Positions 1-13,787 of a stretch of DNA of 64,000 bases are shown here, piece by piece (the first letter of the stretch is position 1; every line of letters begins with the position of its first letter). Under the pieces are notes generated by a model. That model worked only from the letters and a program-made list of their open reading frames with translations. It was not told the origin of the DNA and searched no databases. A program made the position numbers and the translations under genes. This stretch comes from Octopus vulgaris (Eukaryota): positions 9,982,001-10,046,000 of the forward strand of contig OX597826.1 in the NCBI GenBank assembly GCA_951406725.2. Direction: 5' to 3'.

Positions 1-197
1 GGATATATGTATATAATACATATATAATACAAAACCAGATTAAAATCCAAATCCAAACCTGAAGAAAACACCAACATGAGTGAAGGAAAAGAAGAAATGA
101 AGAAAAAGAGGAAGAAAGAAAGAAAAAGACCAATTCTAGAACAAGTGCTTCAGTTGATCGCACACCACAAGATTCAACAAAATTACTGAAGCAAGCC

Positions 198-432
198 AAC
201 ATGCTTGTGGCATTACCATGGACAGTGATGCGGCTAAGGCATTGGAACTGTTAAGCACCCTCGTGGGCATCACCTGACACCTCGGTAAGGTGAGCTGCCA
301 ATGATGACAAGAACTTTGCTGTTAATGGCCCAACTCCTCTAAACATCTCTAACACCAGAGGTTGGAAGAAATGGTTCACTGACAAATCCCTATACTTAAG
401 GATTTTGTTCTGTTCAGCTACAGAAGCAGTGA
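198..432 (-). mobile_element. CRE-like non-LTR retrotransposon 3' fragment (restriction-like endonuclease)
   Basis: Homologous to 55680-55922 and 56800-56998. Confidence 0.6.
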
Positions 433-705
433 AAATTCATATTCGTTAATGACCAATACTATTTCTCTTTGGGCCTCTTTATGTTTTGATTTTAAATATT
501 TCTGCAGTTAATTTCACTTTTTATCCTTCAGACTCAATTAAATGAAGTACCAGTCAAGAACTGAGGTCAATTTTAATCTTCTGTCATAATTTAGTTCTCA
601 TTTTTTGATGCACCATGGCAACAGTTCCCAAATTTATTTTGATGCAGAACCCATATATGTTCTTCAAAAACATCACTGAACCCACGTACATCACTGCCAT
701 TGAAA

Positions 706-718
706 TACTACTACTACA

Positions 719-778
<60 letters not shown>
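706..778. repeat. (TAC)n microsatellite
   Basis: Direct reading. Confidence 0.98.
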
Positions 779-780
<2 letters not shown>

Positions 781-1803
781 AATTTTAGTAAGACAGTAAA
801 TGAAAGCAGAGAGAAAATTTGTTCATATAACAATCAAATCCTACTAATAATTCTTTTTAAATTTAGCACAAGGCCAGCAATTTTGATGGGGTAGTCAATC
901 ACATCAACTGCTGTTGAACTGGTATTTATTTTATCAACCCCAACAGATTGAAACAAAGTCGACTTCAGCAGCATTTGAACTCAGAATGTAACATGCCAGA
1001 ATAAATACTGCTTAGCACTTTTGTCTGATGCAGTAATGATTCTGCCAGTTCACCACCTTCATGATGATGATGATGATGATAATAATATTATAATATATAT
1101 ATATATCACCGTGACTGACCAGGCTCTCAGATGTTGCTACACATCGCTGATCACAATGCGCTTCCCATTGTTTTAGCCTCCAAATGACACCACCCTGCTG
1201 GCTAAGTGAGCAGGCCAACAGAAGAAAGAGTGAGAGAAAGTTGTGGCGAAAGAGTACAGCAGGGATTGCCCCCCCCCCCTGCAGGAGCCTCGTGGAGCTT
1301 TAGGTATTTTCGCTCAATAAACACTCACAATGCTCAGTCTGGGAATCAAAACTGCAAGTCCACTGCCCTAACCACTGGGCCATTTCACCTTCATATATAT
1401 ATATGTATAAAATCAAATATATATCAATCAACTGCTCAGGCAAACTAATACTGTTTGATAATGGGCCAGTAACCAGAAGACTAAAATAATCAATAACTTT
1501 TGAGGAATTAGATGAATATTGTAATAACCCTATTTCATATGTATCTGTATATTCAGGTCAGAACTTCACACCATAAAAACTGTGTTAAAAATATTTGCAA
1601 GCTCAAAAATTTAGTGAGTACCTTGGAGAGCTTTTAATAAAAAAAAAAACTGGTAAGAGTAACCAACAAATAAAAACCAGTTAAGTACAGGATTAAATAC
1701 CTTATGACTACACACACACACAAATAAATGTACCTTAATTAAAGAATTAAAACTATTTCCAGAAGGAGGGAAAGAGAGGTGCTATTATTTGGTATAGGAA
1801 AAA

Positions 1804-2200
1804 GGCGGCGAGCTGGCAGAAACGTTAGCACACTGGGCGAAATGCTTCGTGGTATTTCGTCTGCCGCTATGTTCTGAATTCAAATTCCGCCGAGGTCGAC
1901 TTCGCCTTTCATCTTTTCGGGGTCGATAAATTAAGTACCAGTTACGCACTGGGGTCGATATAATCGACTTAATCCGTTTGTCTGTCCTTGTTTGTACTCT
2001 CTGTGTTTAGCCCCTTGTGGGTAGTAAAGAAATAGGTATTTCGTCTGTCTTCACTTTCTGAGTTCAAATTCCGCCGAGGTCGACTTTGCCTTTCATCCTT
2101 ACAAGGTCGATTACATAAGTACCAGTTATGCACTGAGGTCGATGTAATCGACTTTAATCCCTTCCCCCATATTTGAGATCTTGTGCTTCCACTAATAAAG
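1804..2200 (+). mobile_element. tRNA-derived SINE family A (Nin/Deu-like central domain), partial dimer; other copies ~6930-7333(-), 9052-9290(-), 25914-26146(-), 42212-42440(+), 62202-62420(+), 63541-63773(-)
   Basis: A box GAGCTGGCAGAA, B box GTTCAAATTCC, then GTCGACTTTGCCTTTCATCCTTTCGGGGTCGATAAA; ~14-bp TSD TTTGAGTTAATACC around the 6930 copy. Confidence 0.85.
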
Positions 2201-2302
2201 GATTATTTGGTATAGGAAGGCAAGAGAGAGAGAGAAGAAATAGTTTCATTTTCGATAAGAGAGAGGGAGAGAGAGAGATAAATGTGTCTTGTGTGTAAAT
2301 AA

Positions 2303-2303
<1 letters not shown>

Positions 2304-2342
<39 letters not shown>

Positions 2343-2355
2343 GTAGGTATGTAGG

Positions 2356-2403
<48 letters not shown>

Positions 2404-2492
2404 TAGATACGGAGATAGATAGATAGATAGATAGATAGATATATATATATATAGATAGATACATAGATAGCTAGGTAAAGATAGATAGATAG
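2304..2492. repeat. (GATA)n microsatellite immediately upstream of COA7
   Basis: Direct reading. Confidence 0.97.
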
Positions 2493-2606
2493 AGGAATAG
2501 AATGACCGAGTTGAAGCCAAATTAAGGGAAGTAACTCCACTTGGCTTATGAAGAAGCGAATGAAGGAAAGGACGAGAGCGAGGGCGAAGAAAGAACAGTT
2601 TTGGCG

Positions 2607-2706
2607 ATGAATTACGACCTAAAGGACGAGGAACAGGCGAAAGCTTATTTGGAAAGAGTGGGAGTGGAATATAGATTTCAATGCTTCCACGAAAAATCTC
2701 CAGAAG
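2607..2706 (+). CDS. COA7: COA7 coding exon 1 ([34 protein letters not shown])
   Basis: ATG at 2607; translation resembles the COA7 N-terminus (D-E-E-Q-x-K-x-x-L-E ... C-x-H-E-K-x-P-x-G); GT donor at 2707, phase 1. Confidence 0.93.
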
Positions 2707-3603
2707 GTATATAAAAGACTCATTGACCATCAAGCTATCATTGTTTTGCTCTGTTTCTTTTCATGTGAGTTTATTTTCCGAAGATTTCAAGATTTCAATG
2801 TTTTCTTGAAATCTTTTTCAAACTCCCTTTTAGTTATGTAATAACAAATATAGTTTTAATGATCCTCTAGCTTTTACCTGTTTAGATTTTATCCGTCCTA
2901 GCGTCGCATAAACGGACGGAATTTCAAGGAATAATGAGACAGCATCGTTTCTTGGAACAGGTACTTCCCTAGAAATACATCTTGGGACTTAATTTGTGTC
3001 AAGTGTAACAGCTTTGCCGGTGACTTTTAGACCGGATGTTTTCGTCCTTAGTAACTTTTCACCTTCGCATGTTAATGATTTTAAACGTGTGTGTGTGTGT
3101 GTATGAAGTTCTCTGCCACATGGTAGTCCAAGAAAACATGTAGCATCGAAGTTTGCAGCATTTGAATGACATGTGATGAAATATTAACCGTACCAACCCC
3201 CAAACACTTCGTACATACACAGAGAGAGGAAGAAAACCCACTCGTAATGTAAATAGACGATTAAAATTGATGATCACCTCTTGTAGTATATTGTATGAAG
3301 CAAACTAAATTTTAAAATTTCGTGATGTTTCTTTACTTTTCAAAGTTAAATCTTGGATAGAAGGACATTGATGACTAAGATTGATGGAAAGGTTAAGTGG
3401 TTGAAACAGTTGACCTTTGCAATAAAAATTAATTGTAACTTCAAAATAAATTATAAAATATTAGAAACCGGAGTCCCTTCCCATCATCACCAGAAACTCC
3501 CTTGATATCCAAATATACAAATAAACTAAAAAAAAGTCTGGGTACATTAAACAGTTAGAAAATCCAATTAGAAAACTTATCCTTTCTATCGTACGAGCAA
3601 TAC

Positions 3604-3667
<64 letters not shown>

Positions 3668-5498
3668 GTGTGTGTGTGTATATATATATATATAGTATGT
3701 GTGTATAGTACAATTCATGTTTTGTGAATGATTACGTAAGTTATACAACTACTTTTTGTTGGTGTCATTCAAACAAAACTTAGGACGAATATAGTAAGAA
3801 TGTATTACATAATAATCGCTATGTCTTATGTAAAGTTTAAGGAGTCGTTGCGGAGATGTTGTTAAGAAAATAATTTGTGTCTTTTGATTTACATAACTAA
3901 TGTTAGTGTAACCCTTTCGACAAGATCGATTAAAGCTCCTCGTTGCTAGGTTGCTTAATGCCTTGTTATTTTTTTATAACGATGATCTGGGACTAGCACG
4001 ATTCCGATTTATTACCTATAGAGATTACAAATAGTGAAAGTCAAATGTTTAGGCCTTGGTCTGCTGTGAGGGAACGGGTTAAAAAGCATTTCTTCGGTTG
4101 TGACCATTTCGTCGCTTTTGTTTTTCCGATAGAAAACGTTGCAATCATCATCACCATCATCATAAAGAGAAAGAGAAAGAAAAAGAGAGAGAGAGGAGAA
4201 AATATTTGCGCTTCCCAACCACATAGTTTCGGGTTCGGTCTCACTGCATGGCACCTTCGGCAGGAATCTTCTGCTGAGGTTTCGGATCTACCGAGGTCTT
4301 GTGAGAAAATTTGATACACACATACACACACACACGGGTGTGTTTGTGTGTGAAGGGAGTGATGAATGTGTGTATTTGTGCGTTGCCTTGACATCGCATG
4401 ATAGTTGTAAACGAGCGTCACCGCCATACAGTCAGGTCTTCCCTTTCCAGTCTTGTTTGAAAACATATCCGGCCATGGGGAAATGTTACCTTGGAAACAG
4501 GTAAGGGTTGACAAAAAGGGTATCCGGATGTAGAAAATCTGGCTCATTTAATTTCGTCTGCCCCATGTGAACATGGAACAGTGATGGTGACACGAAGATG
4601 AAGATGATGATGGTATCTTGTTTGAACCAGAGAAGAAAAATATATTTCTTGTAAACATTTACTTCATCACCAAATTTGCTACTCCGGCATGCTGGTCTAA
4701 CATTTCTGACATACTCCAAAACAAACTTGACACAAGACTAACTACATCATGAGTTGCATTATGTTTAAATCACATCCAAGGCCAGCCAATCAATTTGCAA
4801 AAAAGAAGCTTTAAAATTTTTTTTCTTTCTAGCAGCCATGGCTGTGTGGTTAATAAGCCTGCTTTGCAAGGACAATGGTTTTAGGTACAGTCCCACTGTA
4901 CAGCACTTTAGGCATGTGTCATCTACTGTAGCCATGGGCCAACCAATGCTTTGTGAGTGACTTTGGCAGACTGTGTAGACTGCTGTATATGTGTGTGTAT
5001 ACATACATACATACATACACACAGAGTGTATTCTATATAGAGAACACTTGTCTCTAATCTATAAACTATATATATACATACATACATACATACATATATA
5101 CAGAAGTGTTAAAACCAATCCTTCTGGTGGTGCCATGTAAAAGTGCCTGTACAGCACCACCTAAAAGCGTCCATGCAGTGCCACTTAAAAGCACCCACCA
5201 CATTTTGCAAAGTGGTTGGTACTAGGAGGGGCATCCAGCCATAGAAACCATGCCAAATCAGGCTGGAGTCTGGTGTAGCTCCCCAGCTTGCCAGCTCTGG
5301 TCAAATTGTTAAATTGTCCAACCCATACCAGTATGGACAACGGACATTAAATGATGGGAAAAAAAACAAACTTATAAGCACCGTGTGTGTTGTTGGTATT
5401 CTACAGAAAGTAAAAGAATTCACAAATGCTGGAAGTCTGTGAAATCACCTTAGAAAATTGGGTAAATACCTTTTAAAAGATGGTAAAAGTGGCCAGCA

Positions 5499-5572
5499 AG
5501 TCTCCACAGGGAATTGAACCCTGTACTTCTCAAATTTCAGCTGAGTGCTCTGAACCATTAAGCTAAGAGACC
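5499..5572 (-). pseudogene. tRNA-Phe(GAA)-like cloverleaf, degenerate
   Basis: D stem GCTT/GAGC, anticodon stem CTCAG/TTGAG with loop CTGAAAT, T stem CAGGG/CCCTG with TTCAATT; acceptor stem off by one base. Confidence 0.5.
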
Positions 5573-6504
5573 ACTGACAATAAATACCATCTTTTTATAA
5601 TGCTAAATAATAGCTTCTGGAATGTGAGAGCATGCATGTGTGTGTGTATATTCGTTGCAAACATAATCTAAATTAATTAAAACTTCTACATAATGCTATC
5701 ATTGCTTGCCCAAGCCCTCTGCTCCCCCAAGGAGCATAGGCTTTTCTCCACTGCACTCAACTCTCGGCTGTCTTTCCTCACATTTTGTTGGTTTTCAGTT
5801 GTCATCAATGCTTCTATATCTTTGCTTTTTTTCTCAGTCTGGATGTCCATATTAGTCTGGCTTTTAACCTTTGACCCTGTTCTGTGTAAGAGGCTCCACC
5901 AAGAGCTTACACTCCACTGGCATAGCTCTCAGCATTATTGAGGCACATAAGCCACCACTTTGCAATTAAGACTGGATCTTGTGGTGGATTATGTTGACTT
6001 GTATTTTACTAATCTATAGATTTGGCTCAGTAGTTAGAACATCCGGCTCACAGTCATGAAGTAGTGAGTTCAGTTCCTGGACTGGGGTGTGTGTTGTGTT
6101 CTTGAGCAAGACACTTTATTTCACATTGCAGCAGCTCACTCAGCTGTTGGAATGAGTTGCAACGTCACTGGTGCCAAGCTGTATCAGTCTTTGCCTTTCC
6201 CTTGGATAACATCAATGGTGTGAAGAGAGGAAACTAGTATGATGGGTGAGTGCTGGTCTTCCATAAAACAACCTTGCCTGGACTTGTACCTCAGAGGGTA
6301 ACTTTCTTGGTGTAATCCCATGGTCATTCATAACCAGAGGGGATCTTCACCCTTTACCCTATAGATTGTAGCCAAAACCCTCCTTGCCTCGGTTAACTGG
6401 AACTAAAAGAGCATCACCAAAAATTACTCCATTTCCTATTCTTTTTGAGTACAAGGTAGACTTAGCATACATGGTAACTGTTTCGTTTTACTGGCCTTCT
6501 GAAA

Positions 6505-6748
6505 CGTGGTTCTCAACCAGTGTCCATATGGCCCTTGGGGGCCACACTTAAGATTTTGCTGTTAAAGTTTATGTGCAATATATTGCTTATACACAAAATA
6601 TTTTAACAATCTTTTAAATACTATTCCTAATTAAATGTAATTCTAAAAGTATAATAGGATTTTTTAATCACTGAGTGGCTATGAGGATCCAGTTGAGTGA
6701 AATAGGAATCAAAGAGTTCCACAGGTAAAAATTGGTTGAAGACCGCTG
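6505..6748. mobile_element. hAT/Charlie-type MITE
   Basis: Degenerate (CA)GTGGTTCTCAACC / GGTTGAAGACCGCTG termini; similar ends at 19023 and 28221. Confidence 0.55.
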
Positions 6749-9738
6749 TTGTAAAGGGTGGTTGGTTGGTATAGAGATACTTATGTAGCTTCTTTATTTG
6801 ATGGAGGAGGGATCAGGCTTTTGCTGAGTAGTAGTTCATTATCTGGTGGAAAGTGTGTGGAGAAAGTCACACAGCCAACGCTGTTCTTGGGGTTGCAATA
6901 GAAGTACAATATTATGATTTGAGTTAATACCTATTTCTTTACTACCCACAAGGGGCTAAACACAGAGAGGACAAACGGATTAAGTCAATTATATCGACCC
7001 CACTGCGTAACTGGTACTTATTTAATCGACCCCGAAAGGATGAAAGGCAAAGTTGACCTCGGCGGAATTTGAACTCAGAACGTAGAGGCAGATGAAGTAC
7101 TTATTTCTTTACTACCCACAAGGGGCTAAATACAGAGAGGACAAACAAGAACAGACAAACGGATTAAGTTGATTATATTGACCCCAGTGCATAACTGGTA
7201 CTTATTTAATCGACACCGAAAGGATGAAAGGCAAAGTTGACCTCGGCAGAATTTGAACTCAGAACGCAGCGGCAGACGAAATACTGTTAAGCATTTTGCC
7301 CAGTGTGCTAACGATTCTGCCAGCTGACCGCCTTAAGTTTTGAGTTAATACCATTCAGCAAACTTTCTGGTTGTGGGATGAACTATGCAGTGTGAGAGAT
7401 GTGGGACATCATTTGGAAAGCCATTGTAATTTGGGCTTAAGCTAGTAATTTCTGGATCAATTAGACTATGATACTGATTTAGTATGGACCAAAAACTGAA
7501 GTGCAATGGTGTCAGTGTGGACTTTGTTTTTCATGGTTAAGCATTTTTCTTTATTGGTCATGAGCTGGTCTAATGGCAGGTAACCTCGAACCACATCCAG
7601 TCAAGTTAAGTGTTTGTTGGATTGTTTGACTGGTTGGTACATCGATCAAACTTGAAAGTAGGTATCCCAGAGTGAGCTCTGCATGGACAGGACAAACTTA
7701 ATATAAGGCCATAACTGCTTAAGCAGAAAGACAACAACATAGTGAAGACAATGGATTACATTTCAGTCATTTTAATGCCCACTTTTGCATGCTTGTATGG
7801 GTCAATTCAGAATTTTGTCGAGGCAAATTTTCTACAGCCAGATGCCAACCTTCAACTATTTGACACCAACCCTCAACTATTTCCAAGCAATATAATATTT
7901 CACATGGCCAGACAGGTTTTTCTGTGGAAAACTGGAAAAACAAAAAAAAACATTCATTCTTTCTTAAATTTGATGGTCTTTATTCTACATTCACCAATAA
8001 AATTTCATTCATTGTTTAATGTCGTAGATTTTAATTTTGCTTTAGAAAAATATTAACTATATGTATATAACTTCAAGACATGGTTGGTGTTCATGGGAAA
8101 AGCATCTACTTCAGTAATTAAAGCCATCTGAGGTTTTGTATTCGTTTGTTTTATGTCTCTTTTGTCCATGTTAGTATGGGTGGAATGAATGTGTTATTGA
8201 AACGTTGTTTTACTGCTGAATGCCTTTCCTGATGCCTACCCTGTTTTTCAAGTAAGAAGCCTCTTATTTCACAAGGCTTCAAAGGCACTAAGTGAGCAAA
8301 CAAGTTATTGACGGAAGTGCCAAGAACAATACAACTCAATCAGGGTCACTTTTGAATAAACAAGCACAAAATATAAACAAACATCTGCATCTCTTTGTCT
8401 CTCACTCTCGTTGTCATCGTTTCATGTCTGCTTTCCATGCTAGCATGGGTTGGACGTATGACTGAGGGCTGGCAAACCAAATGGTTGCACCAGGCTCCAA
8501 TCTTGATCTGGCAGAGTTTCTACAGCTGGATGCTATTTCTTATTCTTTTACTTGTTTCAGTCATTTGACTGCGGCCATACTGGAGCACCGCCTTTAGTCG
8601 AAGAAATCGACCCAAGGACTTATTCCTTGTAAGCCTAGTACTTATTCGATTGGTCTGTTTTGCCGAACTGCTAAGTTTCAACGACATAAAAGCACCGACA
8701 TCGGTTATCAAGTGTTTTGAGTTCAAATGCCACCAGAGTTGACTTTGCTCTTCATCCTTTCAAGATCAATAAAATATATACCAGTTGAGCACTGGAGTCA
8801 ATGTAGTCAACTTATTCCCTTCCCTCAAATTGCTGGCCTTGTGCCAAAATTATAAAACCATTATTATCTTCTTCCTTCCTTCCTCTCATCCATTTTGGAG
8901 GCTCTGCAAAAGCTCAGGGCTGCTGCACTTCCTTCACTGGCCAAGACATATTTAAAACAAAGTCGGTTTCATCTATCACCATTTTTTATGCACATTGAGA
9001 TGCAGCAATGTCTGTTGGTTAAGAAGTTTGCTTCCCAACCATGAGGTCTTCTTATTTCTTTACTGCCCTAAAGGGGCTACACACAGTGTGTGTGTGTGTG
9101 GGGGGGGACAAACAAGGACAGACAAACGGATTAAGTCGATTACATCGACCCCAGTATGTAACTGGTACTTATTTAATCGACCCCAAAAGGATGAAAGGCA
9201 AAGTGGAATTTGAACTCAGAATGTAACGGCAGACAAAATACCGCTAAGCATTTCGCCTGGCGTGCTAACGTTTCTGCTAGCTCGCTGCCTTACCAACGAT
9301 GAGATCTTCTGTTCAGTCCTACTACACGGAACCTTGGGCAAGTGTTATCTACTATAGTCATGGGTTGACCCAAGCCTTGTGAGTGGATTTCATAAACAGA
9401 AACTGAAACAAACCTGTTGTATACATTTATGTATGTGTATACCTGTGTCCTGATATCACATCACAGTTGTAAATGAGCATCACTGTCAACAAGCGAGGTT
9501 GTTTGTTTCCAGTTTTCTGCAGAAAAACCTATCTGACCATGTGAAATATTATGTTGCTTGGAAACAGTTGAGGGTTGGTGTCAGGAAGAGCACCCGGCTG
9601 TAGAAAATTTGCCTTGACAAAATTCTGACTGACCCATACAAACATGCAAAAGTGGACATTAAAATGGTTGAAATGTAATTTCTTGACTTCCTTTTCCTAC
9701 TTAATCACTTACAGCATCATATTAAGTTTTATTATCCA

Positions 9739-10110
9739 TTAGCACTATGACCCGGCAATGCCAGGTCATAGTGCTAGTGCATGCATATACAGCTGCGTAT
9801 GTGCACACATACACGCGAGTACTGTCCAAATCTCTGACCAATCACATACAGCTTGCTGGCATTCAATTGGCATATCAAGTTTTGGGCATTTTGATTGGGT
9901 TTTGGATAGAAAATTCACAAAAAAGTCACTTCTATTGATTTTTTAATGGCTTTGTGGGGTGACTGGGGAAATGTAAAGATGTGCACGACCACCCTTGGAC
10001 GGTTTTGAATGACCATAGAAAATGCGAGCCCTCTAACTGAAAAATTGTGGATTTGTATAAAGGACACCCACGCAGACAGACAGACATTTTGCTGTTTATA
10101 TATAGAGAGA
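9739..10110 (-). mobile_element. Non-autonomous Helitron
   Basis: Minus-strand 5' TCTCTCTATATATAAA; 3' GC-rich hairpin ending near CTAG; related to 39020-39708. Confidence 0.7.
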
Positions 10111-10207
10111 TTCATAGATTGACTATTCTGTAAAGCACAGTAAAATACAAAAGGTAAAGTGCTGTTTTGATAACAGTAACTTACTGTCTCTTTCTTCCTG
10201 ATTGTAG

Positions 10208-10348
10208 GTTGCCACAGACTGGCCGATTATTTTGAATCTGTGAAGAAAGAACATGAACGAGCGGCAAAAATGTACAAATCGACCTGTGATGACTATCACT
10301 ATGGTCACAGTTGTTATAAATATGGGAATTACAGAACTGTAGGACAAG
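10208..10348 (+). CDS. COA7: COA7 coding exon 2 (CHRLADYFESVKKEHERAAKMYKSTCDDYHYGHSCYKYGNYRTVGQG)
   Basis: Polypyrimidine tract and AG at 10206-7, GT at 10349; 141 nt, phase 1/1; SEL1-like repeat with C-x-R-L-x-D-Y and SCYK motifs. Confidence 0.95.
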
Positions 10349-10665
10349 GTAGGTAGTTTTTATTGGTTACCTTGCATCTTTCATTTCATTAATTATAACT
10401 ATCTGTTCATTTATTTTTGTATGACCTCAATTGTTCTGATATGCGTGACCTTGCATCTTTTGTTAACTATTCTCATATATGCTGCACAACTGCAGTAAAA
10501 TTTATTTTATATTATACTGCTGATTATACTAACTTCTCAGAATTTGTCTGTTTCTCTCTCTCTCTGAATAGATAGATAGACAGGCAGATAGATAAATATA
10601 GGAGAATTTGTTTTGGGATTTGAAAATGTGCCTGAATCTGAAAAATGTGTAGTCATTTTTAAATA

Positions 10666-11231
10666 TTGGGTTGTCCAGAAAGTTTGTGCCGATTTATAGT
10701 AGCTTACATTTCGACTTATTTGAGAACATGGTTGAGTCCATAAAATAGGATTTGATTATACCTCCATTTAGAGCACAGTTTAAGCTATCTTTTCGTGGAA
10801 GAAGGTTTATGTTCCTATAACCTGTGTTAATTCTGTAACCCTTTAAAACGGTAGATAAAAAAGTTCATTTTTGGCACTTGATGCTTTGGGAACCAGACAA
10901 AAATTGCTGCAGCTTGGCTGGGATGTGTTACCCCACCCTCCATATTCACCAGATATTGCTCCTTCGGATTTCGACTTATTCAGGTCTCTGCAGAATAGTC
11001 TTAATGGTAAAAATTTCAATTCCTTGGATGACATAAAAAGATACCTTGATGAATTCTTTGCCATGAAACTCCCTCAATTCTGGGAAGAGGGTATTTTCAT
11101 GTTAATGGAAAGATGGAGATGCATTGTGCAACAAAGTGGTTCATATTTGGCTGATTAAAAATGTAATGGCAAGTATTTATTGACCTTTTTCTTTTCTTTA
11201 AAAATCAGCACAAACTTTCCAGACAGCCCAA
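10666..11231 (+). mobile_element. Internally deleted mariner element
   Basis: TIRs TTGGGTTGTCCAGAAAGTTTGTGCCGATT / AATCAGCACAAACTTTCCAGACAGCCCAA, TA flanks; ORF with HPPYSPDIAPSDF. Confidence 0.9.
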
Positions 11232-11794
11232 TAGATTTATTCACATACCAAACTTGTTTTGACAATTTTCTGCTTATCAATGGAGCAAATATATAAAATA
11301 GAAAAAGGGGAGGGGTAAGGAGAGTCTAAAATTACAAGGTAAAAATTGGACAAACATGTTTAAACCATCAAGTGTTGAAATATTTACAGAAATTTCAGTG
11401 AGTCTCACAGGGATACTCTCCCTTTACTTGCCATGCTGGAGCACTGCTTTTAGTTGGCCAAATTGACCCTGGGACTTATTCTTTGTAAGGCTAGTATTTA
11501 TTCCATCGGTTTCTTTTGCCGAACCACTAAGTTACACGGACGTAAACACACCAGCATCGGTTGTCAAGCGATGTTGGTGGGGAGGACAAACACAGACACA
11601 CGAGCATACACATACACACATACGTGTGTGTATATATATTCAGCCAAAATTGCGATGATAATCTGGTGCTTGACTAAGGATAGAGGACTCTGAATGACCC
11701 ATCCTTGGTTTTTTTTATTGTCTATTTGGGTGTTTTGTTGTCCCTTTTTGTATCAGCTATCTATCTGGATGTTTTGCGTTCTTATCCTATGTTG

Positions 11795-11830
<36 letters not shown>

Positions 11831-11867
11831 GCATACATACATTTTGCTCTCTTTTATGTAAGCACAC

Positions 11868-13787
11868 ATCATCATCATCATCGTTTAACGTCCGTTTTCC
11901 GCGCTAGCACGGGTTGGACGGTTTGACCGGGGTCTGGGAAGCCAGGGGCCGCTCCAGGCTCCAGTCTGATTTGGCAGAGTTTCTACGGCTGGATGCCCTT
12001 CCTAACGCCAAGCACTCCGTGAGTGGATTGGGTGCTTTTTACGTGCCACCTGCACAGGGGCCGGGGGTCCGGCATTGGTTGCGATCGGTTCGAGCTTTTA
12101 ACGTGCCAGCGGCACGGGGGCAACTGGGTCTGGGGTACTTTGGGGATCCGGGGTACTTTGAATGGGTAGGGGGTATGTGGAATTGCTGCAGAAAGCAGCC
12201 CGGGTCTTTGCAGTCACAGCATATCTCCAGAGATCTCGGTCTTTCGCCATTGCTTCAGTGAGGCCCAATGCTCTGAGGTCATGCTTGACTACCTCATCCC
12301 ATGTCTTCCTGGGTCTACCTCTCCCCCTGATACCTTCAACTGTTTGGGAGTGGCACTTCTTCACACATCTCTCTTCATCCATCCGCAGCACATGACCATA
12401 CCATCGCAAGCGTCGCTCTTGCACACCACATCTGATGCTTCTTATATCCAGCATTTCTCTCAGGATGCTTACACTCTGTCTTGCGTGCACACTGACACTA
12501 CACATCCAGCGGATCATGCTAGCTTCATTTCTTTCAAGTCTACGCATGTCCTCTGCAGTCACTGCCCATGTTTCATTACCGTGAAGCATGGCAGTTCGCA
12601 CACATGCATCATACAATCTACCTTTCGCTCTGAGGGAGAGACCTTTTGTTGCCAGTAGGGGTAGGAGCTTTCTGAACTTTGCCCAGGCTATTCGTATTCT
12701 AGTGGTGATACTCTCTGTGCATCCACCTCCGCTACTAACTTGGTCATCCAGGTAGCGGAAACTATCAACTACTTCTAGTTTCTCTCCCTGGAGTGTGATG
12801 GAATCTGTTTTCTGAGTGTCTGTTGTGTCTATTGTCCCTATGCATCTGCCGCACATGAAAGCTATCTTATCTGTTAATTTCCCTTTAATGTTGCTGCATC
12901 TCTTATGTGTCCATAACTTACATTGGGTGCATCTTATGGAGTTTCTACCTGTACCTTTCCTACAGATTGAGCAGGGCCACCTACCCGAGGGGGTGTGTGC
13001 TGAGTACCTCTTGCTGCTTACTAATACTTTGGTCTTTGCTACATTTATTCTAAGGCCTTTTGATTCCAACCCTTGCTTCCACACCCGAAATTTCTCTTCT
13101 AGTTCCGGTAGTGATTCTGCTATGAGAGCTAGGTCATCGGCATAGAGGAGCTCCCAGGGGCATCCCATTTTGAATTCCTCTGTTATTGCCTGAAGGACTA
13201 TGATGAATAAAAGGGGACTGAGGGCTGAGCCCTGGTGCACACCTACTTCTACCTGGAATTCTTCACTATATTCATTGCCAATCCTAACCTTGCTGACAGC
13301 CTCTCTGTATAGAGCCTGTACAGCCCTTATTAGCCATTCTTCAATCTCCAGTTTCCGCATCGACCACCAGATGAGGGAACGGGGAACCCTGTCAAAGGCT
13401 TTCTCCAAGTCTACAAAAGCTATGTAGAGGGGTTTATCTTTAGCTAGGTACTTCTCCTGCAGTTGTCGGACCAGGAATATAGCATCAGTGGTGCTTCTAC
13501 CTGGTACAAAACCGAACTGCATTTCATCTAAACAAATTCTCTCCCTAATGAGATGGGTTATGACCTTCTCTGAGACCTTCATCACCTGGTCCAACAGTTT
13601 GATACCTCTGTAGTTATTTCTATCTAGAGCATCACCCTTACCCTTGTAGCAGTTGACTATGGTGCTGCTGCACCAGTCATTGGGTATGACTCCATTGTGA
13701 ACTACCTGGTTTACAATGCGGGTGACTATGGTATAGCCCACATAGCCAGCTGTTTTAAGCATCTCAGCAGTGATTCCTGATAGGCCA
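11868..13787 (-). mobile_element. 5'-truncated RTE-clade LINE (RT, PHD-like Zn finger, C-terminus, 3' UTR ending in (GAT)n)
   Basis: Open ORF with NYRGIKLL, QFGF, FVDLEKAFDRV, GVHQGSALSP, LLYADD, RRLRWYGHVLR and GRGRPRKTW; endonuclease domain missing; 3' tail shared with many short copies. Confidence 0.93.

Noticed and set aside
1804-1900. tRNA genes at SINE heads
   Set aside because: Heads are joined to SINE bodies and lack proper acceptor stems
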